Below the pieces are notes generated by a model. It made no database searches, had not been told where the DNA came from, and saw only the letters and a program-made list of their open reading frames with translations. Made by a program: the position numbers and the translations under genes. A stretch of 64,000 bases of DNA from Haplodiscus bocki (taxonomy: Eukaryota), in contig OZ296652.1 in assembly GCA_965655095.1 (NCBI GenBank), forward strand, positions 21,328,001-21,392,000, written 5' to 3'. Positions 1-12,029 of the stretch are shown here, in pieces. The first letter of the stretch is position 1; every line of letters starts with the position of its first letter.

Positions 1-215
1 TACTATTGAAGGGTGGGACACAACGCATACCACGACTGACAATGACACATTTTATAAAGATGATGAGCCCAGAAGAGTCTACTGGGATATTTCGTCGAGC
101 GACACCTTCGACTCTAACGAGCCAAGAAATGTGTCTGTCGCCTCGAGCCCTTCTTCTACTCCACCACCTCCACCGCGACAGAAGAGATGACTAAGCATGG
201 GGATGTCTTTTCCTC

Positions 216-227
216 AAAAGGGGGGAG
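216..227 (+). promoter_or_regulatory. Polypurine tract (PPT) of an LTR retrotransposon
   Basis: AAAAGGGGGGAG immediately followed by TGT at 228, the usual PPT/3'-LTR junction of Ty3/Gypsy elements. Confidence 0.7.
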
Positions 228-464
228 TGTCGCAGCACACCTGCGAGGCATGCGGCCAATCCTTACCGCAAGGAAAGCCACCCAATGCTTAGAAGAAACT
301 CAAACATTGACTGAACTTTCAATATAACTTTATTATGTATGTTAACTGTTGTGCTTTTATACGAATACGTATATAATACGTATCTTCAACAACGCATACA
401 AATAAGGGTATGTATTTATACGGAATCAAACTGATCCGTATGACGACGGAACCGCTACGGAACA
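228..464 (+). mobile_element. Putative short 3' LTR of a Ty3/Gypsy-like element (body lies upstream of the window)
   Basis: Begins TGTCGCAGC right after the PPT; candidate end GCTACGGAACA (imperfect inverted repeat, TG...CA). The right boundary is uncertain. Confidence 0.5.
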
Positions 465-744
465 AACGAGTATTCACAGAGCATTATTAATAGAATAGGT
501 GCTCTATTTATATTAATATAAATACTTAATTATTAAATAAAAATCCACTTTTTTTGCAATGAAATCGCACAATAATTGATTACTAGAAGTGCAGTTTAAT
601 GTCAAGTTAGAATTAAATTGATGCTGTACGTAGATTGACTGATTTCAAGTGTATTGACTCTAGGAGTCAATATTTGTTCCGTACGTGTTCCGTCGCTACT
701 AGTCTGGTGACTTTACTACCATTATTACTCTGCCGCGTTGTTGT

Positions 745-895
745 GATTCCGGAATCATTCCGGAATCACTCCTCATTTGAGCAAAGAATACGACCACTAC
801 TAGTGAATACGGAACGATTCCGGAATCATTCCGGAATCCACTAGTGCTACTCGTACGAAAGAGGAGTAAACTAGTAGTGCTACTAGTTTCTCCTC
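745..895. repeat. Palindrome cluster in the putative LTR
   Basis: GATTCCGGAATCATTCCGGAATC at 745-767 and 816-838; near-perfect 35-nt hairpin GAGGAGTAAACTAGTAG-TG-CTACTAGTTTCTCCTC at 861-895; several ACTAGT sites. Confidence 0.9.
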
Positions 896-1083
896 ATTTC
901 CAAAGAGTAAGAACTAATGAGCTGTTGTTATTGATGAGGTGAATGTGAGGGTTATGATTATTTCTGTTATTTAAAGTCATGCATTTCCATATTTGTTTTT
1001 TAATCCATTTTTACAATTAAGGAAATATTTTTCCTTTTCTATTTACGGAATATTTTTGTAGAACTGTAAACCAAAGTGTCGGC

Positions 1084-1314
1084 GCGGGAAAAAACACTTT
1101 GATGTCCATCTCTGACGGATTAGGACCGTCCATTTTCTGTCGAAAGATGGAAAAGGCGTGTTCTATGAGGGAAGAGTTGGTTGGAAGTTTTTTATTTCCC
1201 GCCAGAGTCGGCACTCTTACCTTTGATGCTATACCTTTCGACAGTACTTTTCCTATTTGTACTTTGACTTGGCGTGCAAACAATTTTGTTTCCCGCCAAG
1301 AAAAAGTATAAATA
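1084..1314 (+). promoter_or_regulatory. Candidate promoter: three E2F consensus sites plus TATA box
   Basis: TTTCCCGC at 1195-1202 and 1289-1296, its reverse complement GCGGGAAA at 1084-1091, and TATAAATA at 1307-1314. Confidence 0.55.
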
Positions 1315-1634
1315 GGAGAAACGAAAGTACAACGTCAGAACTTTTGGGGAATTCGACAGAACTTTGCAGAACTTTTGGGAGCCATTCAAGAGAATATTTC
1401 ATAATTTTTCAAGAGCTTTTCAGAACCTTTTCGAAAACTCTTAGGAATTGTATTGAACCTTCTTCAGAACGAGTGTACGATTATTTTTGATTGATAAGTA
1501 CTGACGAAACTTAACCATTCTTCATTTATTCTTCATTTATTCTTTATTTCATAACGTTAATACTGTATACCACCAATTTGACACTACAATAAAAAGACAA
1601 TCAATTATTAATCGTCAAAGCACTTTTCCGTAGA

Positions 1635-2060
1635 ATGGCAACTCGCAACAAAAGAAAACTGGCAGCTTTGAATAAGGAAAACTGTGAGGAACATCCCAGG
1701 AGTAATTTGGCATCAAACTCAACTGTTCCCAGATCACAGGAGGACTATATAACTCAAGTTTCCGAGGAAATTGAGGGAAGAGTCACCAAAAAGTTGTCGC
1801 AAGAATTTAGCAGAACAGAATATCGTATACTAGGTGCGCTAGCAAGACTTGATGACTTCCTGATGAACCCACTACTCCAGGGCCACTACGGAACCACTCC
1901 GTAGACGTCCCGGAATATGTTTATTATAGACCAGGGAACGAATGAGGATGACTCCAAGAGTAACCCTCATCCTGAAGCAGGCCTGCTCACCTCTGGCCGA
2001 GAGGATCGCCACGACATGGCGACAGGAGTCCAAAGAGAGAGTGCAGCTGGTCAGGACACA
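1635..2060 (+). pseudogene. Truncated gag-like N-terminal ORF of an LTR retrotransposon with one in-frame stop
   Basis: ORFs 1635-1904 and 1917-2186 are in the same frame, separated by one TAG (1902-1904). Sequence MATRNKRKLAALNKENCEEHPRSN...EEIEGRVTKKLSQEFSRTE is basic then coiled-coil-like; it lies just downstream of the LTR candidate. It degrades into A-rich sequence after ~2060. The gag call rests on position and recollection, not a search. Confidence 0.55.
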
Positions 2061-3224
2061 TGCAAAATCAATTTGTGCGCAAAAAAGATTTTCAAACAGA
2101 AAAAAATAGAAACAAATTTGGAATTGAACTGTCGCGCACAATGTTTAGAGTACATCGAAGTTAACGAAAAAGCGATTGTTTTGTGACTAAAAAAGTTACT
2201 GAAGCCGCATTCCATGTGAACATGACGGAAAAGATGCCTAGACAAAAGCAGCGGCGCGAAATGATTAGCAATGGCAAAGCAGGAAAAAACTTGTTTTCAG
2301 AATTGCTGTAGTTACCGCGTCGAAAAATGCAAGTACGAACTGACTGAACCTTGAATGGAACAATTCTTGGTTTTTCGAATAGAAACTTGAGACATTAGGC
2401 AGGAAAAGCGAGGAAGCAATATCCTCTTCTACCCTGCAAAACTTCTAAGCTAAAAAAAACAGGAACATCTCTGGATGAGGGCAAGCGAACACGGAATTGT
2501 CAACGCAAGCAATTTCAACGGTGGACGCAATTTCACTTGAAAGTAAAGATGTTTTATACCGAAAACGAAAAAAAAACACAAAAAGACTGGTCTCTATCAT
2601 CAACTGGAGCTCCAGACGGAAAAAAATCAGACTCCGAAAAAAAGTGGACAAAAACCTTGCTTATTAGTTGAGTCTCCAATGTTTTAAATCAAAGTACACA
2701 GATCCCAAAAATTCAAGACTAAAAAAACAATGCCAGCAGAAAACTCTTCGGATTTTTATTTTCAACCCAATCTCTATTGCCATCGAAAATTACAGTAAAC
2801 TAGCTGAGCTGTCATCCACTGTCACTGAACAGGTTTTACGATAAATTAGTTTTTAAAAGACTCGAGAAGGACTGTTTTTCAACTAAGAGTAAAAAAGGGC
2901 GTTTAAGGTACAATTACACAAAGTTTTTCCACAAAATCCCATTAAACGCAACTTAGATCTGCGTACATTTATGCGAATAAGATGAGATTGTGAAACTCTG
3001 AAAGCAGGTGGCTCAATTGGTGGAGCGAATGCTTTCTCAATCACAGTTTGTAGGTTTCAGCTCCGAACAAAGAGGAAAAAATTGTGAGATTCTCAGAATC
3101 TCCAGAAAAACAACCCATTGACGTTGTGGAAAACGAAGGAAAAACCTGCCAGAAAAGCAATTGAAAGTGTAACACAGGGGAGAAGCAGTGGCTTGCACAG
3201 CCTTTTGCGAAGGTGAGATGGGGC

Positions 3225-5815
3225 ATCAAACAAAATCCATGAACACTGACGCAGTCAGTTTTTTGTTTGCCTGTGGCAAAGATGCATTCAAATTTGCAGC
3301 CTGGCCTGGTTCGTTGGAAATTTGACATTACCTTTTCTTCCCAAGTTACGGGTCAGGCTGTGTCGAGCTGTGAACCTCTTCGTCTCTGAACTGAAAACTT
3401 TTTCGTGTATAGAAAGTGGTCGGCATGAGTTGAGAGATAGAGTGGGGCATTGTCGGCTAACGTCAGTCCGAACAATAGATTTGTATTTGTTTGTTAACTT
3501 TCGAACGAAAATTTTCTAAACAACTGCTTTACGGGTGAAAAAGACATATGGACCACTGACAACGTCTTCTTGAATTATTTTGATAAGGGATTTTTCTCTT
3601 CTTCCGTGCAAAATAGAAGTTTGTATATCTGGACTTGTACAGTCAAATGTTGGCCAGGTTTGGTAATGTACAACTAAGCTTTAACATACAATTTTCTTTG
3701 TTATGGCAGAAATCAATCGTTCTCAGCATTGCCTCTAAAACTGGAATTTTTCCAAAATTGTTATACTATCGCAAAAAGTCTAGTAACGTGATCCTTATTT
3801 CCTGTTTTGAAATTTCTTGCTTGTATTGATAGTTCTAGACTCATGTACGTAGTGGTTTTGATAGTTTCAGTTTGATAACGACTTGTTCTGTGGTCCTACG
3901 ATAGTTCAAGACGTCAACATAGTCAATGTATTCTGCTTCAATAAGGTTACAGCTGTGGAGTTTAGTGTAAAGGGTGTCAAATGGTGAAATTTAGTAATTG
4001 TCGGGTTGACCGAACCTTTCGTAAGGGAAAAATCTTTGCTCTCTGATGTTTCGTATGCTTTTAAGAAGTAATGAAAACTTGATGCTCAGCCAAGATTTAC
4101 CAATTTATGCAGTAGTTGAAAACCACCTTTTCTGAAGGAGGTGAATTGATTATTTTTTCGATGAACGAAGTTTCATTGTCTTGTTCATTAACAGGAACGG
4201 GTAGCTAGTAAGATTTGAACTGTTTGAGATCATATTTTTACTGTTGAAGGCAAACACTGGTAAAACATTGCATTACCAATTTGGTTGTTCTTGCATATCA
4301 AGTCATTGATTTTTTGTACCTGTAAGAACTTAGCGGAGGCACAACTTTCGTCACCATGATCATCCGAACTACCCTGTTTCCGCCGATTTTGACGTTGGAT
4401 GAGATCTCCAAGATGCTAACCGGTTTAGTCTTTTTTGTTGTATCGATGAAAAGGAACGAAAATTGCCTTTGTGTTCTGATTTGTAACGCGATACTGTCAG
4501 GAAATTTGATGAAGCATGCAATGATGTGATGAGAATCATAGTCGCGAAGGAAAAATAGTTCATTAACATCGTTTGAATATAGAATACAGATATCGGGCCA
4601 TGTTTTGCTATCCACGTTGTTGTCTTTGTGTCCTTCAAGGTCTCTTTGTGGAGACAAGTTGTTTCAAAGTCGAAAATTGCTAAGTTTGCAGAGAATTTCT
4701 ATTGAATCATAAACCTAATGTCAAATGACTCCAGCTTGTCAAACGGAATTTCTCTGGCTTTAATACGTCCCCGGGATAGACATTTCTTATACATTCACTG
4801 CATGCAATTAAAATCTGATCCTTCTGGGGTGCTCGGTAAGAAAAGTTTCACATTTAGGGCATTACAAAGACTGATTGACAGCCTTGATTTTGCTCACATA
4901 GCATATAGCGTTGTTGTATCTTAATATTCGCACAGTGTTTTCATACTTCTGCAGGCTGCGTCTAGCAAGTTCTTCGATGAAAATTCCATCCCAGAAATTT
5001 CTAGCGTAAATTAGAACCATTAGCGTTAGCAGATTCTCTCGAACTGGACGGACTCCTCGGAACTGATTGGGGTTGAGTCTATCCATTCTGTTTTTGAATT
5101 GTTCAGAAATTTTCGAAGTGTCTACTTCCTGTCGTTGACCTTGGTGCAACAAGGAGAGCAAGCAAAGAAAAGGCACATGTAGTCGGTTTAAGGCTGACTT
5201 ACATTTTTCTCAAATGGAAACATTTCACTGTTTGATTTGTGTTTTTGATTTGTGCTAACACAGCGTCCCTCCAACCCATAGGTACCTGTTTGAGAGAAGC
5301 AGCAAACCCAGTTAACCTTGTCAACTTGTAGGTTCTCCACTTTGTGTTCATTTTTTCTTTACTACAGGACTCAACGGCGTCAGTTTTGGTAATCATAACC
5401 TTTAGCTTCGCCAATTTGTTCATGGTGCACACAAAGGTCGATCGATCTAGAAGTGTATTGTTTTCGTGTGCGTTAAAGTATCTTAATGTTCCATTGTTTA
5501 CGTTCTCTACATCAAACGCAAGTGATAGATTTTATTTCATGGCAAAAGTGATGTTTTTGAAAACGCGATCAAGCTTCTGGACACTATTGTTGCGTTTATT
5601 TTCTCCATTGCACAATTGAAAACTTCGTGTCTCATGTTTTCAAGTTCAAAGTCAAGGAAGAAATGTTGACACCAACGGAACTTTTGTTTAGGATTGATAA
5701 AATTAATTTCAGGGAGAGAATTGTTATGCTGAGCATCTGTTGATTTAGTGGAAAAGCCTTTTCTAGTGTTTTTTGGTGTCAGAGAGCGTAAATTGTTGGA
5801 AATTTTTCGTAACAA
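3225..5815 (-). pseudogene. polB: Decayed protein-primed family B DNA polymerase (Polinton/Maverick/adintovirus type), C-terminally truncated
   Basis: Manual minus-strand translation in collinear order: ELARRSLQKYENTVRILRYNNAICYV (~4890-4975); Exo I-like LAIFDFET (~4660-4685); Exo II-like VLPVFAFNS-[frameshift]-YD (~4228-4268); MLKLSCTLPNLAN (~3648-3687); IQEDVVSGPYVFFTRKAVV (~3520-3577); degenerate motif A KSIVRTDVS..P.S..Q.MPTTFYTR (~3403-3482). Many stops and frameshifts. Motifs B and C were not found. Confidence 0.8.
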
Positions 5816-6329
5816 AGTTTAATTTTGAGGGTAACATCAAGTTTTCGACCGCTTTTTTGCTTAGCAATATGGTAAATCAAGTCAATTCGGGCTTTTGTGG
5901 AAAGTTTAGTATTCTGGGTCCAATTCATTGTCACAGCAGAGCAAATTTTCTTGTGGCGCGCAAGATAAAATTTTGTAGTTTAGGTTCCAAAATTTTTACA
6001 ATAAACTTTTCAAAAAAGTTTTAGGAAAGGCGTTTCAGTATTAAAGGTTAACCTGAAAACTTTTAAAAATTTCAAAAAAACGTAACAATGTTTTTGTAGC
6101 AATGCAAAAGAAAACATTGCAAAATTTTGTAACATTTTTTTTTCATTTCCTCTTACCGTATATGGGAAAATCGTATGAAGAACGACACAACCACATGACC
6201 TGAAATAAAGATTGACCCTCATGATCTTAAAAAGAAAGGGTGATTCACGTCACCACAGAGAAATTGTCTATCAAGTATTCCTTCACCACAATCACCATAT
6301 GACCAAAAGGCAAAACTAATATGAGATAA

Positions 6330-6670
6330 CCCTTCATCTTCTCAAGTGGAGGGGAGCGCACGCAAAAGGGAGCGACAGCGAAAAAGAGATTCCAGGAGCG
6401 AGCGTGGGTTTAACGCAGGGAAGCGGGCAGGCGAAGATATATTGTCTGAGGAGTGTGAACTAGTGGGTCAATTTACCTGATATGGCGATTGACTGTCCTG
6501 GAAAGTCAATCAAGCGGAACAAGTTGTCCTGATACTGAGACTTGCCGTCTGGGGAAATTCCGCCCGTGAAACCCATCCAACTGATAAGGAGACAAGTTTT
6601 CTGAGAAAATCATTCAAACACCACGTGTTCCACTGATTGGGAGACAGTTTGTCTGAGAAAGATATTTCGG
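6330..6670. other. Purine/GC-richer non-coding segment with a duplicated motif, between polB and the plus-strand ORFs
   Basis: Imperfect direct repeat CAACTGATAAGGAGACAAGTTTTCTGAGAAA (~6578-6608) / CCACTGATTGGGAGACAGTTTGTCTGAGAAA (~6630-6660); possible divergent control region of the element. Confidence 0.4.
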
Positions 6671-7273
6671 TTTTGATTTTGAGTTTCGTCTCTGTTGCTA
6701 ATCAAAAAAACCACCATAAGAAGAACAAGATTTAAATTTTGCAGAGTCTGTAGTGTTGCGGTTGAAATCTTCCAACTGTTGAAACTCTCATACTAAGTTG
6801 TTACAGAAATCCCTAACACAGTGAAGCTATTAAGTTTTCAACCGCAAGACTTATGTTTCACTTTTATTTGTCAGCACAGCTTTATAAATTTGATTGGTTG
6901 GAATGAAAACAACGCCAATGCCTGAAAATGATCTCCCTAGCCAATCCGTATCGTTTTCAGGACTACACCAGCCATAACCTCATTTTGCATGAGTCACAGA
7001 TTAAAAGCTGATGATGTGTGTCAAAAATCTTTTCCCCACTTCGTACAAACTGGATAACCGGATTCATTTTGAGAAGAATTGCCAGAAGAACGTTTGGACG
7101 AATTGGACGTTGATAGTTTTTGATCACAGTTTCTTTTAAACGTCTCAGTCCCACCACCGACAAGCAAGGCCTAGCAATTGACCCAACAGAAAGTTATTGA
7201 GGATCAGATTGTTGCATTTTAGCAATTTGAAGAAACAGCAGCGTTATATCTTCCAAAAGAAATTTTTGATCAG

Positions 7274-8065
7274 GTGATCAATTATTACCAATGTTTGGTA
7301 ATGGAAACGAAAACTGAGATTAGATCCGCACAAACAAGAGACAATCCTTTTTCTCAATGGTTAAAAGAAAATCTTGAACATTCAAACAGACAAGTTCGTT
7401 TATTGGTCCGTTTTGAAAACAACAACCTTTGCATCTTTTCCATGAAAAATTTTGACTATTACGGTAATCTTCTCAGACCTAGAAGACTGGTGAATCCTAA
7501 CAAAGGAATTATCACCACTTGTTCAGGATCCGATTTTACTTTGCATACAAGTGTGAGTTTATTGAGAGCAATAACGATCCGTAAAACTTTCGATGCTGTT
7601 TATTCCTATAACAAAAGCGTTATTAACCGCATTGAAAGCGTGTATTATCCAAACAAAATGTCGTCGGAGAAGAATTGCGTGCACAAAAAAGTTGTCAAAC
7701 ATCTGGTCAGTACTGGTTTTCGATGTCCAGACAACCCGTCTTTGTGCCACACCCGCAATGTTCCTTTTGAAAATCAATTAACTTCGTTTCTCCTAACGTC
7801 TGACCAAAAGGAATACATCTTGAAATGTTGCAAAAAACTAAATATTTGTTCCAGGTTTCTCCTCTCTTGGCAGCTTTCCTGCAATACAAAACCGTGTCCG
7901 TTTCCATGCAAAAAAAAACAGAATGGTGAAACGTCTTACGAAAGTTTACAAGGCAGAGCATGCAGCCACGGTCTGATTATTCCATTCAAGCAACAAAAGA
8001 TTAAAATGACATTATTTGTTGGGAGTGGTGCACATTGCTTCGCATATAAGACGAGTAGCGACTAA
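7274..8065 (+). CDS. Hypothetical Cys-rich protein (263 aa), probable Polinton-associated accessory ORF, possibly decayed
   Basis: Longest ORF in the window, uninterrupted, first ATG at 7301, divergent from the polB relic. No recognisable domain. Confidence 0.35.
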   Translation: MINYYQCLVMETKTEIRSAQTRDNPFSQWLKENLEHSNRQVRLLVRFENNNLCIFSMKNFDYYGNLLRPRRLVNPNKGIITTCSGSDFTLHTSVSLLRAITIRKTFDAVYSYNKSVINRIESVYYPNKMSSEKNCVHKKVVKHLVSTGFRCPDNPSLCHTRNVPFENQLTSFLLTSDQKEYILKCCKKLNICSRFLLSWQLSCNTKPCPFPCKKKQNGETSYESLQGRACSHGLIIPFKQQKIKMTLFVGSGAHCFAYKTSSD

Positions 8066-9235
8066 AAAGAGGAGAAACCATCTCAATTTAAAAAAAAACT
8101 GAGCGTCAATCACAATCAGTCACACCCGAACTTTTTCCTTGAATGTCAAAATCATTTCATTTATGGCATACTTGTGTCAAATTCCCATTGGTTGCTGAAA
8201 ATTGTAAGATTTTGAAATATTACTTCTTTTCAAGATATTTCAACCATCCTGAAAGCAGCACGGTTTTCTCAGTTTCCAACAACGGTTTCCAGTTGACTCC
8301 CGTTTTCGGACCAGATTCTCTAATTGTGAGTGTAAAGGATCTCGTCTAAGAAATGAAGATAAGCTCACAAGAAACTCTTCAGCCACCTTGAAACTTGTTG
8401 ACTTGTTGTTGTCTCAAGCATACAACTCTTTTGGATAAAAATCTAGCAAAGTTTTTCTTAACTGAAAACCAGCAGAGAACTATGCAGTTTCGGGACGAAC
8501 GACTCTCAATTGCAGGGGCACATAAGATGGACAAAAACAGATCTAAGTGGTCTGATCTGGAAAACATTGAGTTTTGCTGGGAAGATCCTGACTTTAACAT
8601 AAATGAAGTTTTTCGATCAGGCATAAACACTCCTTCTTTCTTTCAACTTTCAACGATCTTGAGATGGGTACAGTTGTTGAAAACTCGTTCAGTGTTGACG
8701 ACAGTGGAACAGGGAGAACTCTTCTCCGACAACTCTTGTGTTGGAGAGACCTAATAATCCTTCCAAGTTGCTGAGATGTCATTCTTCTAGATTGGGAAAA
8801 AAATGTTCCTGGTTATTTTGATAGAAATTTCTTTGAATGATAATATTTATGGTGTTTGTGATTTAATAAAAACATTTCGTTGAAATCTTTCCTTCTATCA
8901 AAAATTTTCGGAAACACTAGTCGAACAGCTTTGAGATAAAAACATTTCTTCTTTTCCTTGATCCTACTAGTCGCAGTTAGTCTCTGCATAAATCAAAATT
9001 ATACTGAGAATGAAGTGGGACACCACAGGGGAATGAGAAATCAAAATACTTGTGACACTGAGTACAGTTGCTATTGTTTGAAAAGCGAATGCTGTTATCT
9101 ATTTGAGGAAATTTTTGTTGATTGTGTTCGTTTTTGCTCGTCAGACGAAAATTTAGTGAAGAGTCTTTATAATGAATTTCTGAAAATTAGAAGTTTTCTG
9201 ATTCAAAAACTGAATTGTTGTAAACTTTTGGAATG

Positions 9236-9545
9236 AAAATCCGACGCTTTGTAAATTATTTGGTTCAAAGTTTGCCAAATTGTGAAGATTAGGATGCGAA
9301 ATCTGGCACGGAGCAAGTGTCTTGATTCAATTTCTCAGTTCTTAAAAGAAATGCCTAAGAAAAATGCAAATTTTGAAGTTTTCGTTGGAGTAAAATGACT
9401 GAAAACGCGGTTTTTTGAAAGCATTTTTTCTTCAAACCATAACTTCACAAAAAACGTTCAATTCATTTTTCTAATGCCAATTAATTAAAATCTGATTTGT
9501 TTAAAATGGTTGATTCAAAGTCTGACGCTTCTTGAGAACTGTTTA
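9236..9545 (+). repeat. Degenerate copies of the 31-bp minisatellite seen at 18.0 kb
   Basis: GAAAATCCGACGCTTTGTAAATTATTTGGTTCAAAG (~9236) and AAAATCTGATTTGTTTAAAATGGTTGATTCAAAGTCTGACGC (~9487-9528) match the TTCAAAATCTGACGC core. Confidence 0.6.
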
Positions 9546-12029
9546 AAAAAATATGCGTAAACAATTTGATTCGGATACTCGTTCTCTCCTTGATTTTTCA
9601 AGTGCTTGCCAATTGTTTGCTATGGCCTAATCCGGGGGCAAAACAAAAACAACAATGGAAGGTGAAATTTTTTGTTTTTCATTGTTAATTGTCTTGTTCG
9701 TGTTACTTGGATTCCTGCTGGATATTCTGGTTTTTCGTGCTGAACTACTCAGAGATTTTTACATGTTTCTTCGGGTTGCCGAAGTAGTATACTTTTAAGA
9801 ATTGTTCCCGAAAAATGTGGGTCTGCAATGTATTAAGATAAGGTTTGTATGTCGGCCGAGTCAGTGCATTAAGAAAGCCGAGCCGAGGGAGGCAAAGTAT
9901 TGAGACAGGCGAACGGAGCCGAGAGCCAAAAAGTGGGCAAAATGTGTGCTCTGGGTGTGGATGAACCTTGTGGGATCCGATGCTGTAACGTGAGGTCAGT
10001 GTATTAAGATGAAGTTTGGATATATTGTTCAGTTTTCAGTACTAATTTTCGTGCTGGCTTCCAATTGGTGGTCCAGAAGAACTTCGCGAATGACGAAAGC
10101 CATGTGTTAAGATGGAGAATGATCTTTGGCAACATATTAGTATAGGATTTCGCAAAGTGAAAAGATACGGAGCGGGGTTCGATGACTCATTTTCAGCACT
10201 GAGACTTTTTCATAAGATTTTTTTGAGCCTTTTTGGGTGCAAAACGGTGGGCTGGAGAAAAATACTCCACGAGACCATTTTCAGAAGACGCGGATAGTTT
10301 GCAACGCCTGCTTATACTCAATTGCTATGTTAATTCACGTGTGCGATAATTCATTCTCACTTTTTTTGCAAATTTCCGGCGTTTAGTGTGGCTACCGGTC
10401 CGCGCAAGGTTTTTATTTACTGAAAAAGTATTGTTACAGGCAAGGATGTTTATTAAGGTATAAGCATGAGTTGTTAGTATACTCAACGTACAAAGATGGA
10501 ATTTTACGGATGATGTTGTGTAATGAAACACTTTACGTTAAGATAAAGTGGGTTTTCTGGAAGTAGAGTACAGAATTTTCACGGTCGCAGCTCTTGTTCA
10601 GATGCTCACCGTCATCACGGCTGGTACTTAAACTCGAATGAAAAAAATCAAAAAAATCACATGGTACAGGTAGTTTCAAGGAGAATTGTGATAAAAGTTG
10701 TGTTTTATAAGCAAATTAGTATAACTAAGCGTTACAAATCTGTTGATACCGATATATGTGACACGTAAATGACAAAAATATCCTAACTTACTTTTTTTAA
10801 CAGTGCTTGTTAAACACGCCCGAGCAACTACCTTTTTGAGAAATTCGAAAAATCTCATGAAGGAATAACTGCAAAAACTTGGTTCTGTGCTAAAGCAAGA
10901 ATATTTAGCAGAATTAATTTGTTACAAAACGTTAAAAATACTACAAGAAAATGTGATTTCATTGCATCAAAATCAATAACGGCGTTTGCAGAACTTTAAG
11001 ATATAACTGAATGTTTTTTGTTTTGGCAGGAGAAGATCGTTTTTGTGCTTTTTTGGCTGTCTAGCCAAATCATGGATTCTTGAGCCGAAGAAGGAACCAA
11101 AAGGTTTTTATACCAGAGTCTCACTTTGAATTTCGTTGAGCAAATAGGCAAAACAACAACTTTTTACGATGGTGGTTTTTTTTCTCCTAATGTTCGAGTT
11201 CATCTGTTTAAGACAGCTCCTAATTCGAACCTCGGATAATGCCGACATTATTTGTGGAAAAATTTGACAAGACTAAGAGCAGAGATTGCTTTGAATTAGA
11301 AGAGGCTGAATAGTTATTTCAGTAACGAATTGTGCCCTGAAATATTGTAAAGCGCCTGTTCTCGTGTGTGACAGATTCAAAGTGAAATGGAAAAGTGTTT
11401 GAAGTAATTATATAGTCTAGCACAGAGACAGATGCCGAGAACCACGCATCATTTCATTTAAACTGACGAAGAGAACAATGAAGCAAATGTTTAACGGATT
11501 ACAGTCTACCATTTGACTGATGAAACTCAATTCTGTCAATTCAAAGCAGTAAAAAAAGTAGCTACACTGAAGTTTTTCTCTGAATGATACAAAATTTACT
11601 TTCAAAACAACCAAATCTAACAGAAATGTAACCAATTTTTCGTTAAATACCAGTTTGATGTTCAATTTTGTTGCTAACGGTGATGCGTTGGAGCATTTTT
11701 TGTATGTCTCGTCTTTGAAAAAAATGTCTTTTTTGGAGAAGAACTTTACTTTCTCAAATTGTCATCTGTAGAACATTTTCCAAACAACACTTGGCTTTAA
11801 TTCAGTTCCTTTGAAGGATTGGTTAAAAATCACAACCTTCTGTACAAAACTATAACGTTGTCCTTTTTTTGTACACAAATTCCGTTGAATGTGAGTTCAA
11901 CACGGTGCAGAAGGAATCGTCAATCTGATGCGTGAGCTGAACCTATTTCAACCTGTCAATCAAATCGTTCAAACCATTCCTTCTCAATGAGGCTGCAAAG
12001 AGTACCAAGGTAACAGGTGCCAGAAGGTT

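Larger units (their letters stand above)
600..1583 (+). mobile_element. Putative 5' LTR of a second LTR retrotransposon
   Basis: Perfect 6-bp terminal inverted repeat TGTCAA (600-605) / TTGACA (1578-1583); internal palindromes, TATAAATA at 1307-1314; gag-like ATG 52 bp downstream. No partner LTR in the window. An alternative pair TGTAG (1057) / CTACA (1588) exists. Confidence 0.5.

Noticed and set aside
1519-1550. TTCTTCATTTA tandem giving AATAAA signals on the minus strand, suggesting a minus-oriented LTR
   Set aside because: The TATA box and the downstream ORF are on the plus strand; a short slippage duplication explains the pattern.
1902-1904. Programmed stop-codon readthrough in gag
   Set aside because: More simply a GAG-to-TAG nonsense change in a truncated copy; no pol follows.
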